From assembly GCA_963767925.1 (NCBI GenBank), contig CAVYGB010000008.1, positions 480,001 through 544,000 on the forward strand: a stretch of DNA of 64,000 nt, read 5' to 3'. Source of the stretch: an uncultured delta proteobacterium (GTDB lineage Bacteria > Myxococcota_A > Polyangia > Fen-1088). Positions 31,125 to 39,765 of the stretch are shown in pieces. The translations under genes and the position numbers were made by a program. The notes below the pieces were generated by a model, which did no database searches, was not told the DNA's origin, and saw only the letters and a list, made by a program, of their open reading frames with translations. Each line of letters starts with the position of its first letter. The first letter of the stretch is position 1.

Positions 31125-32422
31125 GTCTATTGACGGCACTGTATTCGGGAGCCAGCGGCATCGACAACAACAGCACCGAGCTGTCGGTGGTCGGCGACAA
31201 CATCGCCAACGCCAACACGGTCGGCTTCAAGGCCAGCCGCGCTTCCTTCGCGGATGCGGTGGCCCAGACGCTGGTGGGTGGGTTGCCCACCGGGGGTGGG
31301 CAGCGCGGAATGGGCGTGCGGCTCCAGTCCGTGCAGAAGATCCTCACCCAGGGCTCGCTGCTCAACACGGGGGTGTCGACCGACTTCTCCATCCAGGGCG
31401 GCGGGCTGTTCGTCGTGCGGGACAACGTGAGCGGCCAATCGATGAACACCTATACCCGGGCGGGACAGTTCACGGTGAACGCCCAGGGCCTGCTGGTGAA
31501 CCTCGACGGCCTGCCGGTCCAGGGCTACCTGGCCGACGCGGCCGGGCTGGTCAACACCGCCTCGCTGGGCGATCTGCCCCTCGGCAGCATCAGCGATCCG
31601 CCCCGGCCCACCGCCAACGTCGCGATGCGGGCCAACCTGCAGTCGGACGCCGCGATCCCGGCGCTGCCCTTCGATCCCCTGGCGGCGGCGACGACCTCGA
31701 ACTTCTCCTCGAGCACGACGGTGTACGACTCGCTCGGCAAGCCCCACCAGGTGGACACCTACTTCCGCCGGACGGGGGTGGGCACCTGGGAGTGGCACGG
31801 GCTGACCGACGGGGGGAACCTGACCGGCGGCGTCCCCGGGACGCCGACCGAGATCGCGACCGGCACCCTGACCTTCGACGCCCAGGGGCGCCTCGCGGCC
31901 AACACCGCGACCAGCAACTTCAGCCCCCTCAACGCCACCAGCCCCCAGGCGCTGACCTTCGACTTCGGGACCCCGGTCGGCGGCGGGGGGACCGGCCTCG
32001 AGGGGATCACCCAGTTCGCCTCGGCCTCGTCCACCAGCTTCCTCAGCCAGGACGGGCACGAGGCGGGGACCTTGAGCCGGATCGCGACCGACGAGCTGGG
32101 CCAGATCACCGGCATCTTCTCCAACGGGGAGACCCGGGTCGTGGGGCAGCTCGCCCTGGCCAGCTTCGAGGCGCCCGATCGCCTCGAGCGGGTGGGCGGC
32201 AACCTGCTGACCGAGACGCGGGAGTCGGGGCAGCCGACCATCGGCGTTCCGGGCGGCGGGGAGCGGGGCGTGATCGCCGCCGGGACGCTCGAGCAGTCGA
32301 ACGTCGACATGGCGGGGGAGTTCGTCCGCATGATCGCCGCCCAGCGCGGCTTCCAGGCCAACTCCAAGACCATCACCACCGCGGATCAGCTCCTGGCCGA
32401 GCTGATGACCATCAAGCGATGA
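31121..32422 (+). CDS. flgE: Flagellar hook protein FlgE
   Basis: [26 protein letters not shown] and [23 protein letters not shown]. Confidence 0.96.
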   Translation: MSLLTALYSGASGIDNNSTELSVVGDNIANANTVGFKASRASFADAVAQTLVGGLPTGGGQRGMGVRLQSVQKILTQGSLLNTGVSTDFSIQGGGLFVVRDNVSGQSMNTYTRAGQFTVNAQGLLVNLDGLPVQGYLADAAGLVNTASLGDLPLGSISDPPRPTANVAMRANLQSDAAIPALPFDPLAAATTSNFSSSTTVYDSLGKPHQVDTYFRRTGVGTWEWHGLTDGGNLTGGVPGTPTEIATGTLTFDAQGRLAANTATSNFSPLNATSPQALTFDFGTPVGGGGTGLEGITQFASASSTSFLSQDGHEAGTLSRIATDELGQITGIFSNGETRVVGQLALASFEAPDRLERVGGNLLTETRESGQPTIGVPGGGERGVIAAGTLEQSNVDMAGEFVRMIAAQRGFQANSKTITTADQLLAELMTIKR

Positions 32423-32468
32423 TCACCTGGCCGCCGGGGCCCGGGGCACGGCGAGAAGCGAGGATCTC

Positions 32469-32720
32469 ATGATCGCCGTGACCCGCCTCGACGGGACCGA
32501 GCTGGTGGTGAACGCCGACCTGATCGTCACCATCGAACGGACGCCGGACACCGTCGTCTCCCTGACCACGGGCGACCGGATCATGGTGAAGGAGAACCTC
32601 GAGGAGATCGTGCAACGGGCGATCGCCTATCGGCACCGGGTCCTGCAGGGGCCCGGCGCGCGCGCCGAAGCAGGGGCGCCCGCGCCGGGCCAGCACGACC
32701 AGCAGAGAGAAGGGGTGTAG
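32469..32720 (+). CDS. flbD: Flagellar FlbD-family protein
   Basis: MIAVTRLDG..VNADLIVTIERTPDTVVSLTTG; lies between flgE and motA. Confidence 0.9.
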   Translation: MIAVTRLDGTELVVNADLIVTIERTPDTVVSLTTGDRIMVKENLEEIVQRAIAYRHRVLQGPGARAEAGAPAPGQHDQQREGV

Positions 32721-32721
32721 C

Positions 32722-33492
32722 TTGGACATCACGACAGTCGGGGGCCTCGTCTTCGCGTTGGCCTGCATCCTGGTCGGGCAGGCCCTCGAGGGTGGTCACG
32801 CCAGCTCGCTGGCCCAGGCCACGGCGGCGATCATCGTCATCGGCGGCACCATCGGGGCGGTGGCGGTCGCCTTCCCGACCAAGGACTTCGTCCGTGGGCT
32901 GAAGATGTTCGGCATGGCCCTGAAGCAGAAGAAGAACGATCTGCCCCAGCTGGTCCAGCAGATCGTGGATCTGGCGGGCCTGGCCCGCCGGGACGGCGTC
33001 CTGGCCCTCGAGCAACGGCTGGGGAACATCCAGGATCCCTTCCTGAAACGGGCGGTCGGCTTCCTCGTCGACGGCGTCGACTCGGCGGTGGCGCGCGACG
33101 CCCTCGAGACGGAGATCCAGGCCGAATACGAGGAGGGGGTGGTGGGGGCCAAGGTGTGGGAGGCGGCGGGCGGCTTCGCCCCAACCGTCGGCATCCTGGG
33201 GGCCGTGCTCGGCCTCATCCACGTCATGGAGAACCTCTCTGACCCCTCCAAGCTGGGCGGCGGCATCGCGGTGGCCTTCGTGGCCACCGTGTACGGGGTC
33301 GGCGCGGCCAACCTGCTGTTTCTGCCGGTGGCCAACAAGCTCAAGCGCAAGCTGGGGCTGGAGAAGGAGCGCAAGGTGCTGATGGCCGAGGGGGTGCTGT
33401 CGATCCAGGCCGGCCTCAACCCCCGGGTGCTCGAGGAGAAGCTACGGGCCTACGCCGGCGGCCACCTGCCGCATGCGCCGGCCAAGAAGTGA
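32722..33492 (+). CDS. motA: Flagellar stator MotA
   Basis: ARRDGVLALE (conserved R/E), GGFAPTVGILGAVLGLI, AFVATVYG and NPRVLEEKL; TTG start. Confidence 0.94.
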   Translation: MDITTVGGLVFALACILVGQALEGGHASSLAQATAAIIVIGGTIGAVAVAFPTKDFVRGLKMFGMALKQKKNDLPQLVQQIVDLAGLARRDGVLALEQRLGNIQDPFLKRAVGFLVDGVDSAVARDALETEIQAEYEEGVVGAKVWEAAGGFAPTVGILGAVLGLIHVMENLSDPSKLGGGIAVAFVATVYGVGAANLLFLPVANKLKRKLGLEKERKVLMAEGVLSIQAGLNPRVLEEKLRAYAGGHLPHAPAKK

Positions 33493-33525
33493 CAAAGCAG
33501 CAGCGACCGAAAGAAGTGACCGAAC

Positions 33526-34305
33526 ATGGCCAAGAAGCAACACCACGAGGAGCACGAGAACCACGAGCGCTGGCTGGTCTCCTACGCTGACTTCATCACC
33601 CTCCTGTTCGCGTTTTTCGTGGTCATGTATTCGGTCAGCCGGGTCGACAACAAGCGGATGGCCCAGGTGGTCAACTCCATCAAGTTCGCCCTGCACTTCG
33701 AGGGGACCGGCGGGGTCGACGCCTTGCCGCTGTTCGAGGGGCCGCCCTCCGAGGGGGGGTGCATCGCCCAGACGGGCACCGGCGCCAAGATCGAGCCGGT
33801 GCCCAAGAACAAGCAGATCGCCGAGCACATCCGGCAGCGGGTGCAAAAGCGCCTCGACACCATGTTGATGAACCGCCCCGACCTCGCCAAGTCGGTGATC
33901 GTCCAGACCGAAGGCAAGCGGCTGGTGGTCCGCCTGTCGGCGGCGCGGTTCTTCGACCCGGCCCACGCCGCCATCCGGCCGGAGATGATCCCGGTGCTCG
34001 ACGTGATCGCTTCGGAGATGGTCGCCATCGGCCGGCCCCTGCGGGTCGAGGGGCACACCGACAGCTCGCCCGCCCTCGGCAAGCGCTTCCGGGACAACTG
34101 GGAGCTGTCGACCTCCCGGGCGGCGGCCGTGGTCAGCTACATCGAGCGGGCCCACCAGATGGACGGCAAGCTGCTGAGCGCGGTGGGCAAGGGGGCCTCG
34201 CACCCCATCCAGGACAACTGGACGGCCGAGGGCCGGGAGGCCAACCGGCGCATCGACCTGGTTGTCGAGGTCGGCGAGGACGGCCTGGGCGTGCTGGCCC
34301 GCTGA
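33526..34305 (+). CDS. motB: Flagellar stator MotB
   Basis: ERWLVSYADFITLLFAFFVVMY (catalytic Asp), VEGHTD, NWELSTSRA and NRRID. Confidence 0.95.
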   Translation: MAKKQHHEEHENHERWLVSYADFITLLFAFFVVMYSVSRVDNKRMAQVVNSIKFALHFEGTGGVDALPLFEGPPSEGGCIAQTGTGAKIEPVPKNKQIAEHIRQRVQKRLDTMLMNRPDLAKSVIVQTEGKRLVVRLSAARFFDPAHAAIRPEMIPVLDVIASEMVAIGRPLRVEGHTDSSPALGKRFRDNWELSTSRAAAVVSYIERAHQMDGKLLSAVGKGASHPIQDNWTAEGREANRRIDLVVEVGEDGLGVLAR

Positions 34306-34375
34306 GGGCGAGGGCGGGGCTTCGCCTCCGGGACGAGGGCGAGGACGGGGACGGGCGGCCTCGTGCGGTCGTCCG

Positions 34376-35581
34376 TCAGGTGGAGGGGCGGTCGGCTTCT
34401 TCGGCGGCGATCTGGCGCCAGGCGGGGAGCTCGGCGGTCAGCTCCAGGCGAGCCAGCAGGGCGGTGTCGAGGCGGGGGGCCAGGCTGAGGTGGCCCGCCG
34501 GCGCGGGCGCCACCTCGCCGGCGAGGGCGCTCGCCACGTGCAGGGCGCAGACCGGCTCGAGGCCGGTGGGGTTCGAGCGCTGGGGCGCGTGCTGGTGGGC
34601 CACGGCGTCCACGATGGTGTCGGGCAGGCCCCAGATGCCCAGCAGGTAGGCGCCAATCTCGGCGTGGGTGACACCGAGCACCTCGGCCTCCACCTCCCAG
34701 ATCGGGCGCCCGGAGGATAGGGCCAGCTCGAGGACGCGGCCGAACGGCTCGGGCAGGTGGCTCATCAGCACCAGGATGCCGGTGTCCTTGAGCCGGGCGG
34801 CCGAGCCGGCGTCCTGGGCCGACTGGCGATCGCGGAGCAGGCGCCGGGCGATCTGGGCGGTGAGCTGGGTGTGGCGGTCAGCCGCCGCCAGGTCGAAGCC
34901 GCCCCAGAGGTCGTCGCGGATCTGGGCCGTCTGCACCTCGGACGACTGGGCCAGGGTTCGCACCAGCTCGAGGCCGAGCGCGGAGACCGCCGTCCGGACG
35001 TCGACGACCCGCTGGCGCAGGCCGAAGAAGGCCGAGTTGACGATTTGCAAAAATTTGGCGGAGAGGCCGGGGTCCCGCTCCAGGGCCGCGGCCGCCTCGG
35101 GCATCGTCACCTGGGGGTTGGAGAGCACCTCGACGATCGGGCCGTAGAGCGCCTGGCGCACGGGGAGCTGTCCGATCTGGCCGACCGCGCTGCGCAGGGA
35201 GGGCGTCTCGACCAGGGTCTGCTGCCGGCAGGCGCGCTCGATGACCCCCTGGAGCTCCCGCCCGTCGAAGGGCTTCGAGATGAACTGGTGGGCGATGTAC
35301 ACCATCCGCCGGGTCACCTCCTGCTCGGTCTGGCCCGAGAGGACGATGCGGATGACATGGGGGTACTCCTGTTGCACGGTCCGCAACAGGGCCGCCCCGT
35401 CGATCCCCGGCATGCGCATGTCGGTGACCACCAGATCGTAGCGGCCGGCCGCCAGCTCGCGCAGGGCCTGCTCTCCGCCCTCGGCGAACGTCATCTCCCA
35501 TTGCTTGCGTTGCTTGCGGAGGAGGCCGCGCAGCCCTTCGAGGACGTTGGGCTCGTCGTCGACGAACAGGATTCGCTTCAT
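34376..35581 (-). CDS. Response regulator, REC + HDOD
   Basis: ILFVDDE..VVTDMRMPGIDG..LSG..FISKP, then DPGLSAKFLQIVNSAFFG..HAEIGAYLLGIWGLP. Confidence 0.92.
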   Translation of the reverse strand: MKRILFVDDEPNVLEGLRGLLRKQRKQWEMTFAEGGEQALRELAAGRYDLVVTDMRMPGIDGAALLRTVQQEYPHVIRIVLSGQTEQEVTRRMVYIAHQFISKPFDGRELQGVIERACRQQTLVETPSLRSAVGQIGQLPVRQALYGPIVEVLSNPQVTMPEAAAALERDPGLSAKFLQIVNSAFFGLRQRVVDVRTAVSALGLELVRTLAQSSEVQTAQIRDDLWGGFDLAAADRHTQLTAQIARRLLRDRQSAQDAGSAARLKDTGILVLMSHLPEPFGRVLELALSSGRPIWEVEAEVLGVTHAEIGAYLLGIWGLPDTIVDAVAHQHAPQRSNPTGLEPVCALHVASALAGEVAPAPAGHLSLAPRLDTALLARLELTAELPAWRQIAAEEADRPST

Positions 35582-35600
35582 GTCGGTTCCCTGTGCAGAT

Positions 35601-35628
35601 CGGTCGTCGGAAGCGGGGTGAGGCTTGA
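35601..35628 (-). promoter_or_regulatory. sigma28-like promoter of the REC-HDOD gene
   Basis: Minus strand TCAA-N16-GACGACCG (weaker -10). Confidence 0.4.
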
Positions 35629-35671
35629 GCCCCCCACGCCGCCGGGCGCCGGCGCCAGCCCCCCGGACGAC

Positions 35672-35699
35672 TCAATGTCCCGGGCGGGGCAGCCGAAGG
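35672..35699 (+). promoter_or_regulatory. sigma28-like promoter of the histidine kinase gene
   Basis: TCAA-N16-GCCGAAGG. Confidence 0.55.
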
Positions 35700-35732
35700 A
35701 TCAGCCATCGTGGGTAGCGGCGGGCGGGGACT

Positions 35733-37340
35733 GTGAAGAAGGGCGTCCACACGCTGTTGATGGCCGCGCGCCAGATCGCGCTGCTGGCCGCGGAGCGTGG
35801 CGACCTGAGACGCCGGGTCAACGAGACGCTGCCCTTGCCGATGTACGTGGTGCGGCCGGCGAGCAACGTCGATCAGCTCGTCGAGCTCGTGACGCGCACC
35901 AAGACCGAGGTGGCGCTGGTGGAGGTGAGCGAGGCGGGCCCCCTGAGCTTCCTCGAGCGGCTCCGCACCGCCGATCCCGACATGGAGATCCTCCTGGTGG
36001 CCGACGGGGGGAAGGTCGATCTGGCGGCGGCGGCCAGCTTCCGGGCCTCCTTCGACATCCTCGAGCAGCCCTTCCAGAACGCGCTGCTGGCCCGGCGGGT
36101 GGAGCTGGCCCGCGATCGGCGCTACCTGCGGCGGGCCGAGCAGCGGCGCGAGCGCCTCGAGGCGCGCATGAGCGCCATCATGCAGACGGTGCCCACCGGG
36201 ATCCTCTCTTTCGACGACGAGAGCCTGATCCACGACTGGAACCCGGCGGCGGCCCGCATCTTCGGCTACTCGGAGGTGGAGGTGCTGGGGCGGAACGTCT
36301 GGGACATCACCGGCCTCGACGCCACCGCCCTGCGGGGCGGCGACGGCCGGCTGACCCTCGACAAGAAGCTCGAGCGGTCGGCCCGCCGGCGCGACGGCAG
36401 CTCCTTCCCCATCGAGATCTCCCTGGTCTCGCTCCCCCTGTCGGAGCGGAACATGACCTGCGCCATCGTCGAAGATCAGACCGCCGCCAAGGCCCTCGAG
36501 CTGGAGCTGCGCCAGGCCCAGAAGCTCCAGGCGGTGGGGCAGCTCTCGGCCGGCCTGGCCCACGAGATCAACACCCCCTGCCAGTACATCGGGGACAACG
36601 CCGCCTTCCTCGAGACGACCCTGGGCGATCTGGTCCCCTTGCTCTCCAGCTACCGGGAGCTGATCCAGGTGGCCGAGGGCGGGCCCCTGCCGCCCGATCG
36701 GGTGGCCGGGCTGCGCGAGCGGGAGCGCGACGCCGACGTGGAGTACGGCCTCGAGCGCCTGCCCCGGGCCATCGAGGGCATCACCCAGGGGGTGAAACAC
36801 ATCGCCTCGATCGTGGCGGCGATGAAGTCCTTCTCGCGGACCGACTGGCGCGAGGGGAACAACATCGACCTCAACGAGCTGCTGAGCAACGTGCTCACCG
36901 TGATCCGCCACGATCTGCAGGCGGTGGCCGATCTGGAGACCGACCTGCAGCCGCTGCCGGCCATCGTGGGCCACGGGGGCGACCTGCACCAGGCGCTCTA
37001 TCACATCGTCCGCAACGGCGTCGACGCCATCGCCGTCCGGGCCGGCGACGAGCCGGGGCGGGGCAAGATCGTCGTGCGCTCGCGCCGGGAGGAGACGGGG
37101 GTGACCCTGACCTTCAGCGACACCGGCTGTGGCATCCCCGAGCGCATCCGCCCCCGGGTGTTCGAGCCGTTCTTCACCACGAAGGTGGTGGGCAAGGGGA
37201 CCGGGCAGGGCCTGGCGGTGGCCTGGTCGATCATCGTGGAGAAACACCGCGGGCGGCTCACCTTCGACAGCACCGAGGGCGAGGGCACCACCTTCTACGT
37301 GCACCTGCCCTGGGCCCCGGCCCGGGTCAAGGTGGGCTGA
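35733..37340 (+). CDS. Cytoplasmic PAS sensor histidine kinase with a degenerate REC-like N-terminus
   Basis: PAS WNPAAARIFGY..RRRDGSSFPIE; H-box AHEINTP; RNGVDA, DTGCGI, FEPFFTTK and GTGQGL. Confidence 0.93.
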   Translation: MKKGVHTLLMAARQIALLAAERGDLRRRVNETLPLPMYVVRPASNVDQLVELVTRTKTEVALVEVSEAGPLSFLERLRTADPDMEILLVADGGKVDLAAAASFRASFDILEQPFQNALLARRVELARDRRYLRRAEQRRERLEARMSAIMQTVPTGILSFDDESLIHDWNPAAARIFGYSEVEVLGRNVWDITGLDATALRGGDGRLTLDKKLERSARRRDGSSFPIEISLVSLPLSERNMTCAIVEDQTAAKALELELRQAQKLQAVGQLSAGLAHEINTPCQYIGDNAAFLETTLGDLVPLLSSYRELIQVAEGGPLPPDRVAGLRERERDADVEYGLERLPRAIEGITQGVKHIASIVAAMKSFSRTDWREGNNIDLNELLSNVLTVIRHDLQAVADLETDLQPLPAIVGHGGDLHQALYHIVRNGVDAIAVRAGDEPGRGKIVVRSRREETGVTLTFSDTGCGIPERIRPRVFEPFFTTKVVGKGTGQGLAVAWSIIVEKHRGRLTFDSTEGEGTTFYVHLPWAPARVKVG

Positions 37341-37347
37341 GCGGCGG

Positions 37348-38880
37348 TCAGCCGGGCCCGGCCGGCGCGGCGGCCGGGCGATCGAAGACGGTCACGCTGT
37401 TGCCGCCGGTGGCCCTGGCCGCGTCGAGGGCCCCGTTGCCGAGGGCCAGCAGGGTCTGCCAGTCTCCCGCGGCCCCGCCCTGGGAGGCGGTGCAACCGAG
37501 CGAGATGGTGACCCGCGGGGACCAGCCGGCGCCGATGTCGTAGTCCTCGGTGCAGATCAGCTTGCGCGAGCGCTCGGCCACCACGACCACCCCCGCCCGG
37601 CCGGTCTCGGGCAGGACGAACAGGAACTTGCCCTCGACGACCCGGGCGACGATGTCGCTCCGCCGCAGCCGGCTTCCGAGCCGGCGTGCCACCTCCTGCA
37701 ACAAGGTGGTCACCTGCTCGGGGCGGAGGCGGGTCGACAGCTCGCCCCAGGCGTCGACCTCCGCGAGGATCAGGCCGACCGGGGCGTCCAGCCGGGCGGC
37801 CTCGGCCAGGCTCTCTTGCAGGTAGCGCTCGGCGAAGGCCCGGGTCGGCAGGCGGGTCTCGGGATCGTACTCCGGCTGAGGATCCGGGAGCCGGCGGCGG
37901 CCCCCGCCGGTGGCTTCCCCGGCCGGCGCTTCGGCCGCGGCGCCGCCCTCGGCCACGTTGGCGATGGCCAGCGCCTCCTCGGCTTGCTCGGCCACCCGGG
38001 CGATGGATGCGGCGTCGCCGAGGTCGATCTGGAACAGGCTGGCCGCCTGGGGGATGGCGGCGACCAGGCGCCGAACGACGTTTTCCAGGGCGAAGCCGGG
38101 CTGGCCGATGATCTTCCGCGCCTCGATGTGGGCGCGCTGGGCGGCGCCGCTGGCGTCGGGCCGGATCCAGATGTCGGCCACGCTGCCCGAGAGCGCGGTC
38201 GTGCGCAGCAAGGTGGTGAGGTCCTCGCCCAGCTCCGCCTCCAGCTCGTCGGGCGGGGGGTGGTGGCTGTGGCTGATGGCGATCCGGAAGCAATCGGGCA
38301 GCCGCCAGCGGCCGACCAGCCAGGCTCCCACCTCGGTGTGGTCGCAGCCGAAGATGTTGCGCTCGCCCGCCCCGACGCGGTCGTGGTCCTGGGCGGCGGT
38401 CTGCAGGAGGTCCTGGTAGACGGGATCGCCGAGCTGGCGCAGGGCCAGCATGCCGATGTCCTGCAGCAGGGCGGCCAGGAAGGCCTCCTCGCGCAGGCCG
38501 AAGCCGATCTCGGCGGCGATCTCGCGCGCGCTCAGGGCGGCCAGCACCGAACGTTTCCAGTAGCTGGACACGGCGGCGATCTGGCCGTCGCGGGCGTCGC
38601 GCAGGAGCGAAGACGAGAGGATGAGGGTGCGGACGGCGTTGACCCCCAGCAGGGTCACGGCGTTGGTCAGGGTCCGGACCTCGTCGCGCCAGGAGAAGGC
38701 GGGTGAGTTGGCCGCCTTCATCACACGCGCCGCCAGGGCGGGGTCGTTGCCCACGAGCTTGGCGATCTCCTCGAGGTCCAGGTTCTCCCGCTGGCACAGC
38801 TCGAGCGCGCGGATGGCCACCGTGGGGAGCGTGGGCAGGACGGCGAGGCCCCCCAGGCGGGACTTCAGGGCTTCGTTCAC
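37348..38880 (-). CDS. HDOD + degenerate GGDEF-domain protein
   Basis: GTG 38880 overlaps the upstream TGA. LPTLP..DPALAARVMKAANS..LLQDIG..HTEVGAWL, then YDPETRLPTR..RRSDIVARVVEGKF (no GGDEF). Confidence 0.87.
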   Translation of the reverse strand: MNEALKSRLGGLAVLPTLPTVAIRALELCQRENLDLEEIAKLVGNDPALAARVMKAANSPAFSWRDEVRTLTNAVTLLGVNAVRTLILSSSLLRDARDGQIAAVSSYWKRSVLAALSAREIAAEIGFGLREEAFLAALLQDIGMLALRQLGDPVYQDLLQTAAQDHDRVGAGERNIFGCDHTEVGAWLVGRWRLPDCFRIAISHSHHPPPDELEAELGEDLTTLLRTTALSGSVADIWIRPDASGAAQRAHIEARKIIGQPGFALENVVRRLVAAIPQAASLFQIDLGDAASIARVAEQAEEALAIANVAEGGAAAEAPAGEATGGGRRRLPDPQPEYDPETRLPTRAFAERYLQESLAEAARLDAPVGLILAEVDAWGELSTRLRPEQVTTLLQEVARRLGSRLRRSDIVARVVEGKFLFVLPETGRAGVVVVAERSRKLICTEDYDIGAGWSPRVTISLGCTASQGGAAGDWQTLLALGNGALDAARATGGNSVTVFDRPAAAPAGPG

Positions 38881-39614
38881 GTGATGTTGGGCTCGTGCCG
38901 GGGGGAGCGGCGGCCGGCCGCGAGGAAGGCGGCGATGCGGTCGGGCAGGCTGCGGCTGTCGAGCGGCCCGGCCAGGTACCCCTCGCAGCCGGCGGCCTTG
39001 ATTCGCTCGGCGTCCTCGGCGCTGGCCGGGCTGGCCAGCGCCACGACCGGGAGGTCGCCGGTGTCCGGGCGGGCCTTGAGCTGGCGGGTCAGCTCGAGCG
39101 CGTCGGCGCCCCCGAGGTGCAGGTCGATCAGCACGAGGTCCGGGCGCAGGCGGGCCAGCAGGGCCCACATCTGGTCGCCGGTGGTCGCCTTGTAGACGTC
39201 GTAGCCGCTGTGGGTGAGCAGGCGCAGCAGCGCGGGCAGGTCGGCGCCGTTGTCGTCGACCACGAGGATGCGCGAGCGCCGCCGGTGGGGCCGCTCTGGC
39301 CGCCGGGGGTCACCCGGGCGCTCCGCCTGCTCGAGCAGGTCCCGGAGCTGGAGGGCGCTGGCCAGCAGGTCATCCAGGCAGGCGTCGAAGGCCGGCGAGC
39401 CGGGGGCCACCAGCCGGTCGCGCAGCGTCTCGGCCAGCACCACCACCGCGTCGAGGGGGGTGTGCAGGGCCTGCGACCCGCCAGGTAGCGGCTCGCCTCC
39501 GGCCGGACGATCGTGCCAGACCTCCGGACCAACCTTCCCTGGCCGGGCGGGCGGGGCGGCCCGTCCGCGCGCGCCGGGAGGGCGCGGCTCTCGTTCGTCT
39601 CGCTGGGCGCTCAT
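38877..39614 (-). CDS. Atypical response regulator (REC) with an N-terminal HisKA-like helix
   Basis: RILVVDDN..PDLVLIDLHL..AAGCEGYLAGP (conserved Lys missing); SQALHTPLDAV lies upstream of it. Confidence 0.75.
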   Translation of the reverse strand: MSAQRDEREPRPPGARGRAAPPARPGKVGPEVWHDRPAGGEPLPGGSQALHTPLDAVVVLAETLRDRLVAPGSPAFDACLDDLLASALQLRDLLEQAERPGDPRRPERPHRRRSRILVVDDNGADLPALLRLLTHSGYDVYKATTGDQMWALLARLRPDLVLIDLHLGGADALELTRQLKARPDTGDLPVVALASPASAEDAERIKAAGCEGYLAGPLDSRSLPDRIAAFLAAGRRSPRHEPNIT

Positions 39615-39646
39615 CGCTGACCGACTACCTGGGCGCGGCTTCGATC

Positions 39647-39674
39647 GCTTCGGCAGCCCGTCTCCGGACGTTGA
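39647..39674 (-). promoter_or_regulatory. sigma28-like promoter of the REC / HDOD-GGDEF operon
   Basis: Minus strand TCAA-N16-GCCGAAGC. Confidence 0.55.
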
Positions 39675-39718
39675 GTCGAGGCCGAAGAAATCAGGTGTAG
39701 CGACGAGGGCTTCAGGGC

Positions 39719-39745
39719 TCAAGTTACCTCCAGGGGGGTCGATGC
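39719..39745 (+). promoter_or_regulatory. sigma28-like promoter of FlhG paralog 1
   Basis: TCAA-N15-GTCGATGC, starting TCAAGTT. Confidence 0.62.
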
Positions 39746-39765
39746 CAGCCCTGGGAGGAGGACGG

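Noticed and set aside
32445..32459. GGCACG before flbD as a sigma54 promoter
   Set aside because: The GC lies at N11, not the required N10, and there is no TTGC-like -12 element.
32722..34305. MotA/MotB as gliding (AglRQS), ExbBD/TolQR or Zorya proteins
   Set aside because: They follow flgE-flbD, MotA keeps the rotor-contact R/E motif, and MotB has the WLVSYAD and OmpA-like peptidoglycan-binding motifs. No ZorC/D/E genes are present.
34757..37543. Long overlapping ORFs such as 34757..37543, 5358..7568, 28213..30411, 44271..46316 and 23846..25945
   Set aside because: They are antisense or off-frame shadows of recognised genes, expected in very high-GC DNA, and carry no motifs.
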